NCBI GenBank assembly: GCA_030704615.1
Contig: CM060731.1
Location: forward strand, 1,736,001 to 1,800,000
Direction: 5' to 3'
From: Takakia lepidozioides
Lineage: Eukaryota > Plantae > Bryophyta
Length of the DNA: 64,000 nt
The position numbers and the translations under genes were made by a program. Of the stretch, positions 1-11,560 are shown piece after piece (the first letter of the stretch is position 1; each line of letters begins with the position of its first letter). A model generated the notes under the pieces. It was not told the origin of the DNA. It was given only the letters and a program-made list of their open reading frames with translations, and did no database searches.

Positions 1-1988
1 AAGTCCCTTGTGGTTGCAAGTCTCTTGTATATGGAGGTTCTTCATATTTCTCATCATGTTTGTCAAAGTTTATTCTCAGCTGCATCTCCCTTCCTCCATC
101 CTTCTCTTCATCCTTCGCGCCCATTCTTCCATTGTTTGCAGATTTTCCTCCTTCCCTTCTCAAATCTATTGCACCCAATTGTCTGCCATCTCTCAGCGAT
201 CCATTGACTTCCTCATTCGTTTTAGTCGTAGTAATGCCTTTGGGCTCACCCCATTGCTCCTTGAGGACCTTCTCCATACCATGGAGAGCAATATTAGATA
301 ACAAAGAACCATCCATTTTCTCTCCATTTTCCTTCAAAGACACGTCTACAATTATACTAACATTTTTCCCATTAGATTCTTTGTCATCAACACAATTCTG
401 TTTATCTTCCTCATTCCCTTTCCGTTTATCAATCCCCCCTTTAGTTTTTGTTTGTTCTTCACCACCTTCTACTTTTTTCGGTTGCTTGTTTTGTACATTT
501 GAAGACTTACTTCTTCCATCAATTTTTCCCCCTTTCACAATTCCCCCTCTGGTTCTCTCCTTCCGCTGAGCTTTGCCAACCCTTGCGACGACATCTGTCC
601 TTAACGACGGAGATGGAGTTACATTTCGTCCATGAGTCTTTTTCGAGGACAAACTCTCTTTGCAACTTTCCTTTGGGCCGCTCTTTCGCTCTTTCGGGGT
701 CGCAGGCTTTGTCTTGTCTGGACTGCCTTGCCCATCTTTCTTACATTTATCAACCGTCGACGGAATTTTAGTGCAAAAGTCCAAAGTTCGGCCATCATCC
801 TTGGGGTTGTTATCCACTTCCGGTACGCGCCGCGGTGCCTTGGACAAACCTTTGTTTGATCGTCCATTTTCCTTCTCGTTTTCCACTTCCGTCACCTCCT
901 GGTTGGACGAAGCACCTTGGCTGTCAACTTGTCCCTGCTCTTTTCCAGTCATTTTTACTGGACGGATCTGGGAGTCATTGTCGTTGTCATATGCATCCAG
1001 CTTTCTCTCGGCTTCTCCTGCCTCACGAAATAGTTTGGTCAAACAATTACGAATGAAGGGGGAGGAGTCCGCATCGATACTGGGTCGACCATCCTTCATG
1101 TTGAGGGTGACGATGATGGATTCATACGCTGGATCCTTGTTGCTATGAGAACCAAGACCAAGACTTTTGGAGATATTCACGGAACGATATGGATCAACGT
1201 GCTTCTTCCATCCGTCTCGTAAACCCTCGCACTGTGGGCGCGCAGGTCCACAAGTTGGGTCCTCCATCTCTTCCTTCCATTTTCCCATCTCAGCGCACTC
1301 AATTAGCAGCTCGCGTCCCGCAATGCATCCCTTACATTCTTCGAATGTACTCTCTTTTGAAATCTCGCAATGACCTCGGAGGTTCCACCCATATGTGCGA
1401 TCATACTCTGTGGCTTGTGTTTGTTCGTCCGTCTTGTCACAAGCAGCAAGTCGACTTCTATACATCTCTCCTGCACTATTCGATATTGTTCACAAACAAG
1501 ATCCAAGAGAATGATAACAACTATCTTTTGTATTGCTAGAGAGAGACATAACTAGGGTTTGTACTCATTTTGTGTGGAGGAGGAGATATATTGTTAAGAT
1601 TCGAAGATGAAAATCATGATTATTGTTTGAAGAATACACTAAAAAAAAGGATACAAGACTCTTCTGCACTGCTTTGCACTTGGTTTATTCGTGATAATTT
1701 TAGAGCTAGGTGGATCGTAAGGGTTCACCCCCTTGGTTTCTCTTCACCCTCATGTAGGGGCATGGTTCCATTCTGACTACGGTGTGTGTGCCTTATAGTG
1801 TAACCGGGGTTTAATTTTTTTCCCCTTAATAAGTTTTAAATAAAAGTTAACCAGGGCCTCTGTTCCTGTTCTGTTAAAAAAAGAAAAAAGAAAATATACA
1901 GATATTTTCGTGATCTTTGTACCACAAATACTTCGTATGGCTTATTTATGTAGACAACTTAACATGCACAAATGTTTCTAGCGTCGTC

Positions 1989-2819
1989 TTACCTTGTACT
2001 GTCGCTAGTATGTGCAAGATAATCTCCAACCGAGTGTTCTAAATTTTGTTGGGGCTGACCCATCCACTCAACTTCATGTCTTGGCGAATATTGTGGTCTT
2101 TCCTTCTCAAATGAGTCTTCGTAGACAATTTTTTTCACGGATGTATCTGGTGTGCGTGGCGATGTTGGACAACACCCATTCCATTTGTGAGACAAGTTCT
2201 GTAATTTTTGTCTCAATTCATTCACCGAGGTTGTCTCTTCTCTAATTTCCATCTCCAACATTTTGATACATTTATGGAGATTTTGTGTGTGTTCTTCAGT
2301 GGCTTTGTAGATTCCATTAACGTGTCTTTGGCATTTGAGCAAATTATGTAGCCTATGCTCCCATTCCTCTTTAGACATGCTCTCAAGAGACTTTCCACCA
2401 TTATTAGTTTGAAAATCAGTCAATGACTGGCTTTCTTCCCTCAATCGTGCCATCTCGTTTCTTTGCTTTTGAATAGTATTTCTTAGAGTTGACTGTTGAT
2501 CAAGAATATGGCGGTTTTCCTCTAACAATCTTGAGTTTTCCTCGTAGGTTTTCAAGAGACAATTGTGGTTTTTGATCTTTTCAGCCATCAAACTACCACT
2601 CTTTTCTCTCAAATGATCTTCGTCAATCTCTAGCTGTCTCTTATTCTCAATGTTGCAATCGTAGGTGTTTGCCGCACACTCAAGGTCCCATATGCAATTG
2701 CGTAGTGCTTTTCCCATCTCTTCATTTCTCATCTCTTTGATGTCTTCCAAATCTTCTTCCCTCAATCTATGGTCCACCCACCTCGGCCGTGGTGGCCAAG
2801 TAAATTTGTGTTGGTTCAT
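1989..2819 (-). CDS. Orphan 276-aa coiled-coil-rich ORF, possibly a TE accessory ORF
   Basis: Uninterrupted, intronless ATG-to-stop ORF with E/K/L/Q-rich heptad-like composition. No recognisable domain. Lies in the TE-derived half of the window. Confidence 0.3.
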   Translation of the reverse strand: MNQHKFTWPPRPRWVDHRLREEDLEDIKEMRNEEMGKALRNCIWDLECAANTYDCNIENKRQLEIDEDHLREKSGSLMAEKIKNHNCLLKTYEENSRLLEENRHILDQQSTLRNTIQKQRNEMARLREESQSLTDFQTNNGGKSLESMSKEEWEHRLHNLLKCQRHVNGIYKATEEHTQNLHKCIKMLEMEIREETTSVNELRQKLQNLSHKWNGCCPTSPRTPDTSVKKIVYEDSFEKERPQYSPRHEVEWMGQPQQNLEHSVGDYLAHTSDSTR

Positions 2820-4336
2820 ACTATTTGGGTCCCAGGTAACTTGGATGATCTTTCAATTAAATTCCAAACCACTCTCAAATAATCTTCACAAACCTATTCT
2901 GCAATGTGACCCAACTATGACATTTGAACTCAAAAAGGAAAGTTTTGCAAGCTCTTCAATACTTGTGCTAATACATGCCAACGGTTGCAGCCTTCATATC
3001 AGTATACAGATGATTAATATTGTATCAGTGGATGGTGATGTCATTTTACAGGCTGATTGTCGACAAAAACAAAAGTAGAATCACACCCAAAGAAACGAGA
3101 GAGTAAGAGAGAGAAAGACATTGCGTTTGAGATGAACAGCAACAAATAGCAATGAAATCGTGATTGTGGCATTTACACGTTGTGATGGTCCCCAACAGGT
3201 AGGGATGTGAATAGATAGCTGGTGGACGAAGAGGTGGAGACAACATGAAAAGGTAGAAGAAGACTATGAACAAATGAAAACCATCCATCTCAACAATGTT
3301 ACCATCCATATGGATGAAGACCTTCACCTGGGCTGGCACGTTCGCAGTTTTCACAATCCCTGGCTGTTTTCTTGTCTGTGGGGCTTTGACGTCTTCACCA
3401 CTTTTTGTCCTTCTTGGCGCCCGGATCGACCCTTCCACCTGTCTTGGGTGCAATTGAATCAGAAGATTACAGCTTCCATACCCATGACGTCTCGACGGAC
3501 AACATTGTGACCACCCACTTTCTAGGAGTTCTCCCTTTCCGCTTTGTTTATGGTTAACATCTGTTGGAGGAGATTGAGCTGGAGTTCTTTAGATTCCATT
3601 GCCATGCCTTGAGTCCCTAGGTGTCTCTCTACCGTTTTTGACGTGTGCCATTCCATTTGTGACTGTGGACATTATTGACATCATTGAACTCGTTTCACTT
3701 GTTTGCTTTGGGGGCGTTGAAATGATATCCAATCTCTTCTACCCTCATCATCTCTCTCCTCTGCAACTGCCTCCGTTCCCCCTATGCCTTTCACTCTGAG
3801 TCCTCTCAATCCCATCTCTTGGACCCCGCCACATTTTCGCCATCTTTTAATTACCCCGAAAAGTTGTGTGCACAGTCTCCAAATTGGAAACGTAAGAGAA
3901 CCCGTGAGAAAGCAGAGCGCTCGGAGAGCTGCACTGGTGTGGATGAGGGCGCAGATGCCTGACAACGCAGCTGCACTAAAGTCTCCCGACCCTACAGATC
4001 TTAGCCATGTCAAGTGCGTCTCCTTCTCTCTGTCTCTCTCTCTCCACACACATGTGACTCGCTGCTGACACTCCCTCATCTGCTCGAGGGGATGCTCAAC
4101 ACAAACCATTTGGCCCTGGCACCGACATTGTGTCTGATTCAGTCGAGGAGGATGATGCCAGAATTGATCTCAAATGCATCAGATATTGACAATTCATCAT
4201 CCTCTCGGCAGAAAAACCTAGGGGGTTGAATTGAAGCTGCGATTGTCTATATGATCGTTTCTTGACGTAGCGAGCAATGACAGTGATAGAACCAGTCGCT
4301 CTACCGAGGCTCCGAGGAATGGTTCACCACAGAAGA

Positions 4337-4452
4337 TTGTACTCATAATGCCGCAGCCTTGTGGCCATAGACCCCGCGTCCAGTTTGGACAGAAGCAGAA
4401 AGAACAGACATTACCTTCGTGAGAGGCCCACTCCAGTAGACTTACCTTGATA
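4337..4452 (-). mobile_element. 3' fragment of a non-LTR retrotransposon (same family as 61148-62493)
   Basis: The reverse complement matches the 3' end of the 61148-62493 copy (...aaactggacgcggggtctatggccacaaggctgcggca-ttatgagtacaatct). Diverged, no clear TSD. Confidence 0.75.
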
Positions 4453-4895
4453 CCTTCGGGTAATGCTCTGACAATCGATGGGCATACAGCAGGGTGGAAC
4501 AAGAGAGAAAGACATAGGGGGGGGTGGTGGTGGGGGGAACTTTCGACAGGTTCCATGAAGGACACAAGGTGTTGCTCAAGAGAGCTATGGCTGTACTTGC
4601 CCCAGGTGGTGTCCTGGTGGTTGGGATTACCATTGGCCCGCTCCTTTCTCACAAGATGCTCCCGGAAGTTTAGTCCACTAACCCCTCCCTCTCTTACATT
4701 GTCACTGCTTATCAGTATATAATGTGACACATTGGAAGTATACAATTGTTCAATACGTATACAATATACTGATGCAGTGCAACTTGGTGTTCAGTCAGTA
4801 TGATATGATAGTTCAGCAGTATATAATTCAGTATACATACATCAGGTTATCTTCACCTGTCCTCATATTGTTGTTGTTGTTTTTTTTGCAGACTC

Positions 4896-7150
4896 AATTA
4901 TTCATGACATTCAAGGAAAAATTTCCAGATGTTGAGGTGGGGCAAAAGATTTTTGAATACCTTAAACCCTTCTATGTGAAGAAATTGAAGGACAGACTTG
5001 TGTGTTGTTGCATTTATCACGTGGAGATGGTCTATCTTAAGGAAGCTATTAATTCCTGAGACAGATATCCTCCACCATCCATGGACCGTAATGTGGGTGT
5101 GACTGTCGTGATATTTGCACGTCAAGTGATCCACGTGCTGTCAATGTTACCTGCAATGCCGATGATCATGTCATCCACTCCATAGGAGAGTTATGTGAAT
5201 CAGTTTTGTGCCCAAAGCCTGGCATAACCTCAATTGTGTGATGGGGAGGTGTGTGCATTGTGGAGTTCACAAGCTCCCACTTTGCCCACTTGAGGAACTG
5301 CCAATGACACCTTTGGAGACTGAGGGCAACAACATTCTAGAGTTTGGGATGGTTTGATGGATATCAACCCATATAGCAGATCCGTACTCCAAGGCAGGTC
5401 TAATAACGCGACAAAGAAAGAGAAGTAATTGGGTTTGATGACGAGGGGAATGCCAAAAAACGGGTGAAGATGAAATTTCTAGAGAGCCCTGCCCCCGTTA
5501 TTGTCTCTTACTTGAAAGTCAAGCTGAAAGAGTTTGTTGCATAATTTTAGTGCACAGTGGGAAGACAAGCAGTTCAGAGAGTGCTTAAGGACTTTCCCTT
5601 TAGATACGGTGGTGTCAGTTATTGATTTTGTTGAGAATTACAGCTTCAAGGAGCAAACGAGATCCAATCTATGCATTGGTTTTCCGACCAAAGAGAATTC
5701 TGGTCCATATAACCTACTTTCATGCAGTGGGAAGTGATACTACAGAAGATGGGGACATGAACATAACGAAGGTTACCCATTTCTACCTCTCCGATGATCG
5801 TGAACATGATACCCTCTTTGTGCAACATGCTTTCAGGTATTGTTGATAGTGCTTTTTGTTACATGATTAGGATTTTCGTATTTGCTGCATGTTAATAGTT
5901 GGGCTGTGCCTACATTAGTCAGTTTAATAGGCAAAAATGTTTCCCTGCAAGGAGGAGGAAGAACAATGGATTTTCATTTTGCCGAATAGGCCCTTGTCTC
6001 TTGTATTAATTTGGGTATTGGGCTTTATATGGTGCAGGCTACATCTAAAATGGTCCAGTGATAATGGAATCAATTTCTCTCGACACTGAGTGTGGTCAGA
6101 TGGTGCAGCTTCACAATTCAAAAGTAGACGAGCTTTCTACTTCGTGGCAAAATACCCATCGATTTTGGGTGGTGTGCAAATGCTCTGGAGTTTTTTCGGA
6201 TCTGGGCATGGCAAAGGGGAACATGACGGTCAAGGAGCAGTAATAAAAAATGCACTCAGTCGGGAGCAGTTGAAGACAGACGGAGCAAAGCTACAAAATG
6301 CGAAAAATGCAGCCTCATGTTTAAGGACAAATTGGTCTGAAGGGGCAATCTCTTCCTATAATGGAGGGGGGAATCAGCACATTGCTAGGGTATATTGGGA
6401 GGTTGAGGAAGGTGAAGTTGACCGCTCCCATGCTTTTGATTGCGAGGAAATAAAAGGAGTGAGGTCGTTCCACTCTGTGTTGGGTTTTAGTGAGCAAAAT
6501 CCAACACTATTGAGGGTTAGAGCATTTGCATGTTTTTGTCCTTACTGTATTGATGGTGATTGGGATAAATGCGAGAATGTGAGCCATGCTGGATCTTGGA
6601 AGTTAATATCACTAGTCGCCCTATCAAATCAACGACTAGGTCACCTTGATGAAGAGAACCCCGAAGCACAGTACAGGGGTCATCATGACAGGTTATCAGA
6701 TTTGTTGCAAGTGGGTGATCATTTTGCTGTTAAGGCGGCTGAAGGAAACAGTGAGGGAGATCACTTTTGGATCATCCTATGTGAGAAGGAAAAGTATGTG
6801 CTAGATATTGGCTTCACAGATGGATGGGGAAACAAATTTGAAGCCGGGGAGGTGGTGGTGATCGGCAGGTCAGAATACCTTGATGCACCTTACAACCTTT
6901 TCCATTAATTGGTATCATTCTATGACACGTTTTGAAAATCAATCAGTGCTAATGTATATGAGCATGTAAATCATATGTGCAGATATTATGAGAGATATGG
7001 CCGCGATGAACGGCACCACAGATTGTGTAAAGATGCCCTCCCGAGGGCTCGAAAGAGGAAGAAAGGATTGTTCTCCCCCAAAGATACAGATGGCGTCGCT
7101 TCTTCAACTCGATTCCAATCAACTTCAAGCTTTAAAATCCATGTTAAGTG
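4896..7150 (+). pseudogene. Decayed Sola2-like DDD transposase
   Basis: Fragmented frames give LKPFYVKKLKDRLVCCCIYH, IDFVENYSF, FYLSDDREHD, WSDGAASQFKS and FFGSGHGKGEHDGQGAVIK, then a C-F-C-P-Y-C motif. The DFxENY / SDGxAxQFK / HGKGxxDG set is what I recall for Sola2 transposases. Several frameshifts and stops. Confidence 0.7.
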
Positions 7151-7409
7151 AGGACCCTCACCTGGTCCCATCACATGCAATCAGAAACAGTTTAGTTAGA
7201 GACGACGTGGAACCCCAGGTGAATCGCAGGTCTCACGCTTGTTATCGCTGTACAACATGCAATACAAAGCAGGGCCAGAAAGGAAACAGAGCATATGCAA
7301 GCCAATACCTTGATGGCTTGTGGAAGAGAGGCCCGCGCCATAGCTCTCAAGACCAGCAAACAAGAATGCACAACAAAATGTACAAAGCATGCACAAAGAA
7401 AGTGAATCC

Positions 7410-8700
7410 TGGGTTGATGTTCTCTATCCCGTGGTGGATAGTCATCTCGTGGCCTCTGATAACGACTACCCATATTGTATTGTCTTGGTCCATCCGATTC
7501 TCCCCGTCGGACTTGGACTTGGTGTACCCCCACCTGTCGTGTATACCCACTCTTCTTGACCCGTTGATTGTAAATACAATGGGTGGTATTATGATTGTTC
7601 ATATGACAAATATTACAATATTTGTTTTTCATGTGGCATTCTGTTGCCAAGTGTCCTGCAGTCTTGCATTTGTGACACCATGTTGCCTTTCGTGGCCCTT
7701 CATCATTAAAATTCTTGATAGCCTCTGCTATCTTTTGATCCAAAGTGGTTTTGTCAATCACTTATTTCTTCTTTTGCTTGGGTTTTTCTTCATCATCAGA
7801 GTCTTCTTCTTCCAAGGGATCCTTGGAATCTTTACTTCTGCTCTGATGAAATCCCAATTCCAATTTCTTTGCAGTTCCTACTGCTTCAGCCAAAGTGTTG
7901 TTAGGCATGACTGTAACCATGGTTACATATTCAGGACGAAGTCCGTTGATGAACCATGATTTTTGCAAGTCATCACCTGGTGCTTGAGGTAGCTTCCTGT
8001 GAAGATTTCAGAGTGGATTTGTTGGATCTATATCATTCTTGAAATGCGGCTCTCATATCCGCCCAATCTGCAAAGTGATTGGTTGGAAAGGTTGCCAACC
8101 ATTCAATGCCTTTTCTGGCCACTGAACAAGGAAATAATCGGATCTTTTTTTGGTCTGTTGCTTCATTGTGCACATGTTCTCAAATTGATTAAGATGGATA
8201 TCCGGATCAGATTTTCTATCATATAAAGGAAACGGCGGTCTGGTTTTGTTTGCTGCTAAAGCCATTGGTGCTGCTGGTGCAACCGGTTGTTGGGATTGTC
8301 AAGGCTAGTGGTGTTGGTGTTTGTCTTCCAAACAATGATTCAAAACTAGGAGGTCCTTTTCCCAATGATAGTCGTCTTCCAGATGTTGTCTCTACTAAAC
8401 TTAATGAATCTTTAAAAGCTTTGAGTGCACTCCTGGTTATCCTTTCTGGAGAAGTAGTTTCATTTTTTTCACCTTCTTCACTCAGAATATTCTCAAATCT
8501 TTCTTCCAATATTTCAGCAATCGATTTGGACTTGTTACTGTAGAAGGTCCTTCAGATCTTTCTTGTAGTAACCATTCGCCAAGTGCATTACTTGCAACTC
8601 CTTCTGGTGTAGTGTTCTCACTTTCCAAAGATCCGATTTCTTGATCTTCTGGTTTATCACTATCAATTTGTCTTGATATCTCACCTTGAATAATATTCAA
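7410..8700 (-). mobile_element. Ty3/gypsy-like LTR retrotransposon gag remnant
   Basis: FPLYDRKSDPDIHLNQFENMC and WFINGLRPEY..TLAEAV gag motifs, plus two CCHC knuckles (CHKCKTAGHLATEC, CNICHMNNHNTTHC). Stops and frameshifts. No pol, LTR or PBS found. Confidence 0.8.
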
Positions 8701-9022
8701 GTTTTGTAATTCCGGGAACTCTTTTTCTCAACCGAGCTTCCCTTTCTACAACATATTTCTCTATTCTTTCAACTCTATCTTGCTTAGCTTTGTCCTTAAT
8801 TTCCTCATTCATTCCCACATCATATACAAAATTCCTTTTCAGCACCCTTTAATAAGCTTTGGTATGTCAGTAAAGAAAATTATAGTGGTCTCTACCATTT
8901 CTCCAAGATTTACACTATCTTGCCAGAATCCGTATCACGACTTAATTTTCCTTTACTGATTGATCACAAATCTTTTAATGGGCATCATAGAAGCAGTGGA
9001 GTACTGGATACCCAAGGACTTA

Positions 9023-9894
9023 TTACAAGTCAGATACACTAAGAAAGACAAATGGTATTATTGCATGCTTTGCCGCCAAATGGTCATTGGAATGAGCATT
9101 TTTGCACACACTCAAAGAAGCGGCAATGTTTTCCAGAATAGCGCTTTGTTCTATCTTTTTTGGTTCGACGTGGTGAAATAGTCGAAATACTCCAGGATGT
9201 GCCTTGATTTTCTCCCAAATGTCCTGTAAAGCTGTGAGTCCCAATCGTGTCCTCCATGTTTGCAACTATGGCCGTTGCCAACAGTTGCTTCCGACGTTCA
9301 GACCTGTCATGTAAATCAGTGTTATTTGGTGCCCCTGTCTCCTCGCGCAGCCTCCTTTCTTTTGCCCTAGCTCGTTGTTCCCTCTTCTTGAAAGCTTGCA
9401 CACGGAGACGCTCCCTCTCTAATTCCTCGTTGGCTTCAGTACGCCTTCTACGCCCGTCACTTGGCCGCCGGTTTCTACCTCCTCTTGAAACCATCTCTCT
9501 AAACTTCTTCTACCTAAACCCTATGTTGTATAACAAAGATCCATCATCGTTGTGAGCTCCAAACGCAAGCTTAGTTGACTTTCAGAGGCAGGGAGAGTGA
9601 AGCTCCAAACGCAGGATTGAGTTTCAGAGACAGGGAGACACTAAGTAAGAAGACGAGCAACAAACGATAAGAGCCCTCGCAAAGTTGTCCCTTCTCTCGT
9701 GTTATGTGGCACATTGTAAGAGGCCCAAATTATATCAACAAATCATATATAGCCACGCAATTTTTTTTTCCTATTTTATTATTCTAATTTTATATATTAT
9801 ATACTTGATCCACATACTGTACGCAAGTATATGTAATGGTAAAGTATAAGAAAATAGTATACAAAAGTATACAAAAATTTCACCAAATGCACTC
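9023..9894 (-). mobile_element. Probable 5' end of a Sola2-like element (terminus plus N-terminal ORF fragments)
   Basis: On the minus strand the sequence starts GAGTGCATTTGGTG at 9894, exactly where the CACTA Tnp2 frame is cut. A 5'-GRG terminus fits Sola2. AT-rich subterminal region and basic N-terminal ORFs 9084-9494 and 9023-9265. Confidence 0.45.
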
Positions 9895-9896
9895 TA

Positions 9897-11320
9897 GCAT
9901 ACATTGGCCCATGCATTGTGAAAAGAACGTGACGGAGAACATAATGAAGACTATCTTCGGAGAAAAAGACACCTGCATGAAAGTTCGGCGTGATCTGGAA
10001 TTGGGCATTCGAAGGCCTCTGTGGTTACAACGCCATCCCACCAGAGTCGATACATTGGTAATGCCTGATGCGCCATATGTGCTCACAAACCCAGAACAGT
10101 AGGTGTTCTCGGACATTGTCACCAATCTGAAAGTGCCCACTGGCTATGCCTCTGCTTTCAAAAAGCATGTGGTCAAACAGAAGTTGAGCCAATTGAAGTC
10201 ACATGATTATCATGTGCTCATGCATCAGATTCTCCCTCTTGCGCTATGAGGGTTAATGGCGCCAGGGGTTCGCAATGCCATACTAAGAGTGTCTCGTGTA
10301 TTTCGCAAGCTCTGTGCAAAATTAATTGATCCAACCGAGCATGAGGAATTGAAGAAGGAGGTGGCACTGACTCTTTGTGTTATGGAGAAAGAATTTCCAC
10401 CCTCTTTTTTTGATGTTATGACGCATTTACTCATCCACTTGGTTGATGAGCTAGATTTGTGTGGGCCTGTAGTTTCTCGGTGGATGTACCCAGTGGAGAG
10501 AGCAATGAAGGATTTTCAAGGTATGTGCAAAACCTGACAAAGCCCGAGGGCAGTATGGCGGAGGGCTACGTGTTTGACGAGGCATTGGGATTTTCTATGG
10601 AGTACTTGTCTTCTGTTGATGCTACTAGGCGGAGAGTGTGGGATGCAGGAGATGAGGAATCAGTTTTGGGTTGGATGTTGGAAGGTGCTGGCAAAGCACG
10701 GAGGTTGACTGCAGAATTGTTGCACCTTGTCCACGACTACGTCATTTACAATCATCCTAGTTTGAGCAGCATGCTAGAGTAAGTGCCCCCCCCCCGTGGA
10801 TGACTGAAGTTCAGGACCATATGGGTATGCTTGTGTATGCTTTGTATTCGTGGGGATGCTGTTGTTCCTCCATTTGCTGCAGGTGTTGAAGTCACATTCT
10901 GATGTGGTGGTGCGTGCTTGGCAGGTCATACGAGTTGGAGAAATCCCGTGTGGACACTGCAAATGCTGCTAATCCAAGCAAGATCCATGCTCTCCCCCAC
11001 TTTGCAGAATGGCTATTAATGGCTATGTGCGTGCATGTGTCGAGTGATGCCAACCATGCATCTGATTCAGTCAACCAGGAATTGTTGGACATGTCCGAAC
11101 CCCCATCATTCACCGCAACATCATACAAGAGCATGTCGGCTTATGGAAACCACTTCAGGGTTACTTCAGATTTCATGAACTGTCCCTTTGTGACATATGA
11201 CTCAGGTGTGTTAACAATTTTCCAACATGAATCTACTGGCATTTCAGGTGAACAGGTCGTGGAAAGCGTACGTTATGTTGGTGTCATAAAAGAGATTCTA
11301 CAACTGGATTATGGTTCTAC
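9897..11320 (+). pseudogene. CACTA element 1: Tnp2/TnpD transposase, C-terminal half (DUF4218/DUF4216-type)
   Basis: PMHCEKNV, KVPTGY, LKSHDYHVLM, MEKEFPPSFFDVMTHLLIHLVDE..CGPVVSRWMYPVER, KPEGSMAEGY, YGNHFRV..TYDSGV..YVGVIKEILQLDYG. In-frame stops and frameshifts, truncated at both ends. Confidence 0.9.
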
Positions 11321-11325
11321 ACACA

Positions 11326-11560
11326 TGACGAGCCCTGAGCGCGCGCGGTCAGGGTGACGGCATATTAGCTAGGGGGGTCGTGGTAAGTTGCGGTGTAGGT
11401 TGGGCTCACTGAACCGCCTACCCGACTGCGGTTAGTGCAGGGGGTCCGTGTCGTACATAATGGCTATGATCACTATCTAAGTCTTACCGGCAAAAAGAAG
11501 TCTCATACTCCTCTTCACAAGGCGAGTTTGCGTTTCTAAATCCTACGATATTCTACAATC
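11326..11560. other. Unassigned GC-rich structured insert that truncates Tnp2 (possible LTR terminus)
   Basis: Abrupt junction after LDYGST. Starts TG, with hairpin ccctga-gcgcgcgcgg-tcaggg. No partner end found. Confidence 0.3.

Noticed and set aside
6988-7959. 323-aa ORF resembling a membrane protein
   Set aside because: It is a chimera of the transposase tail and the antisense of gag; the hydrophobicity comes from antisense reading.
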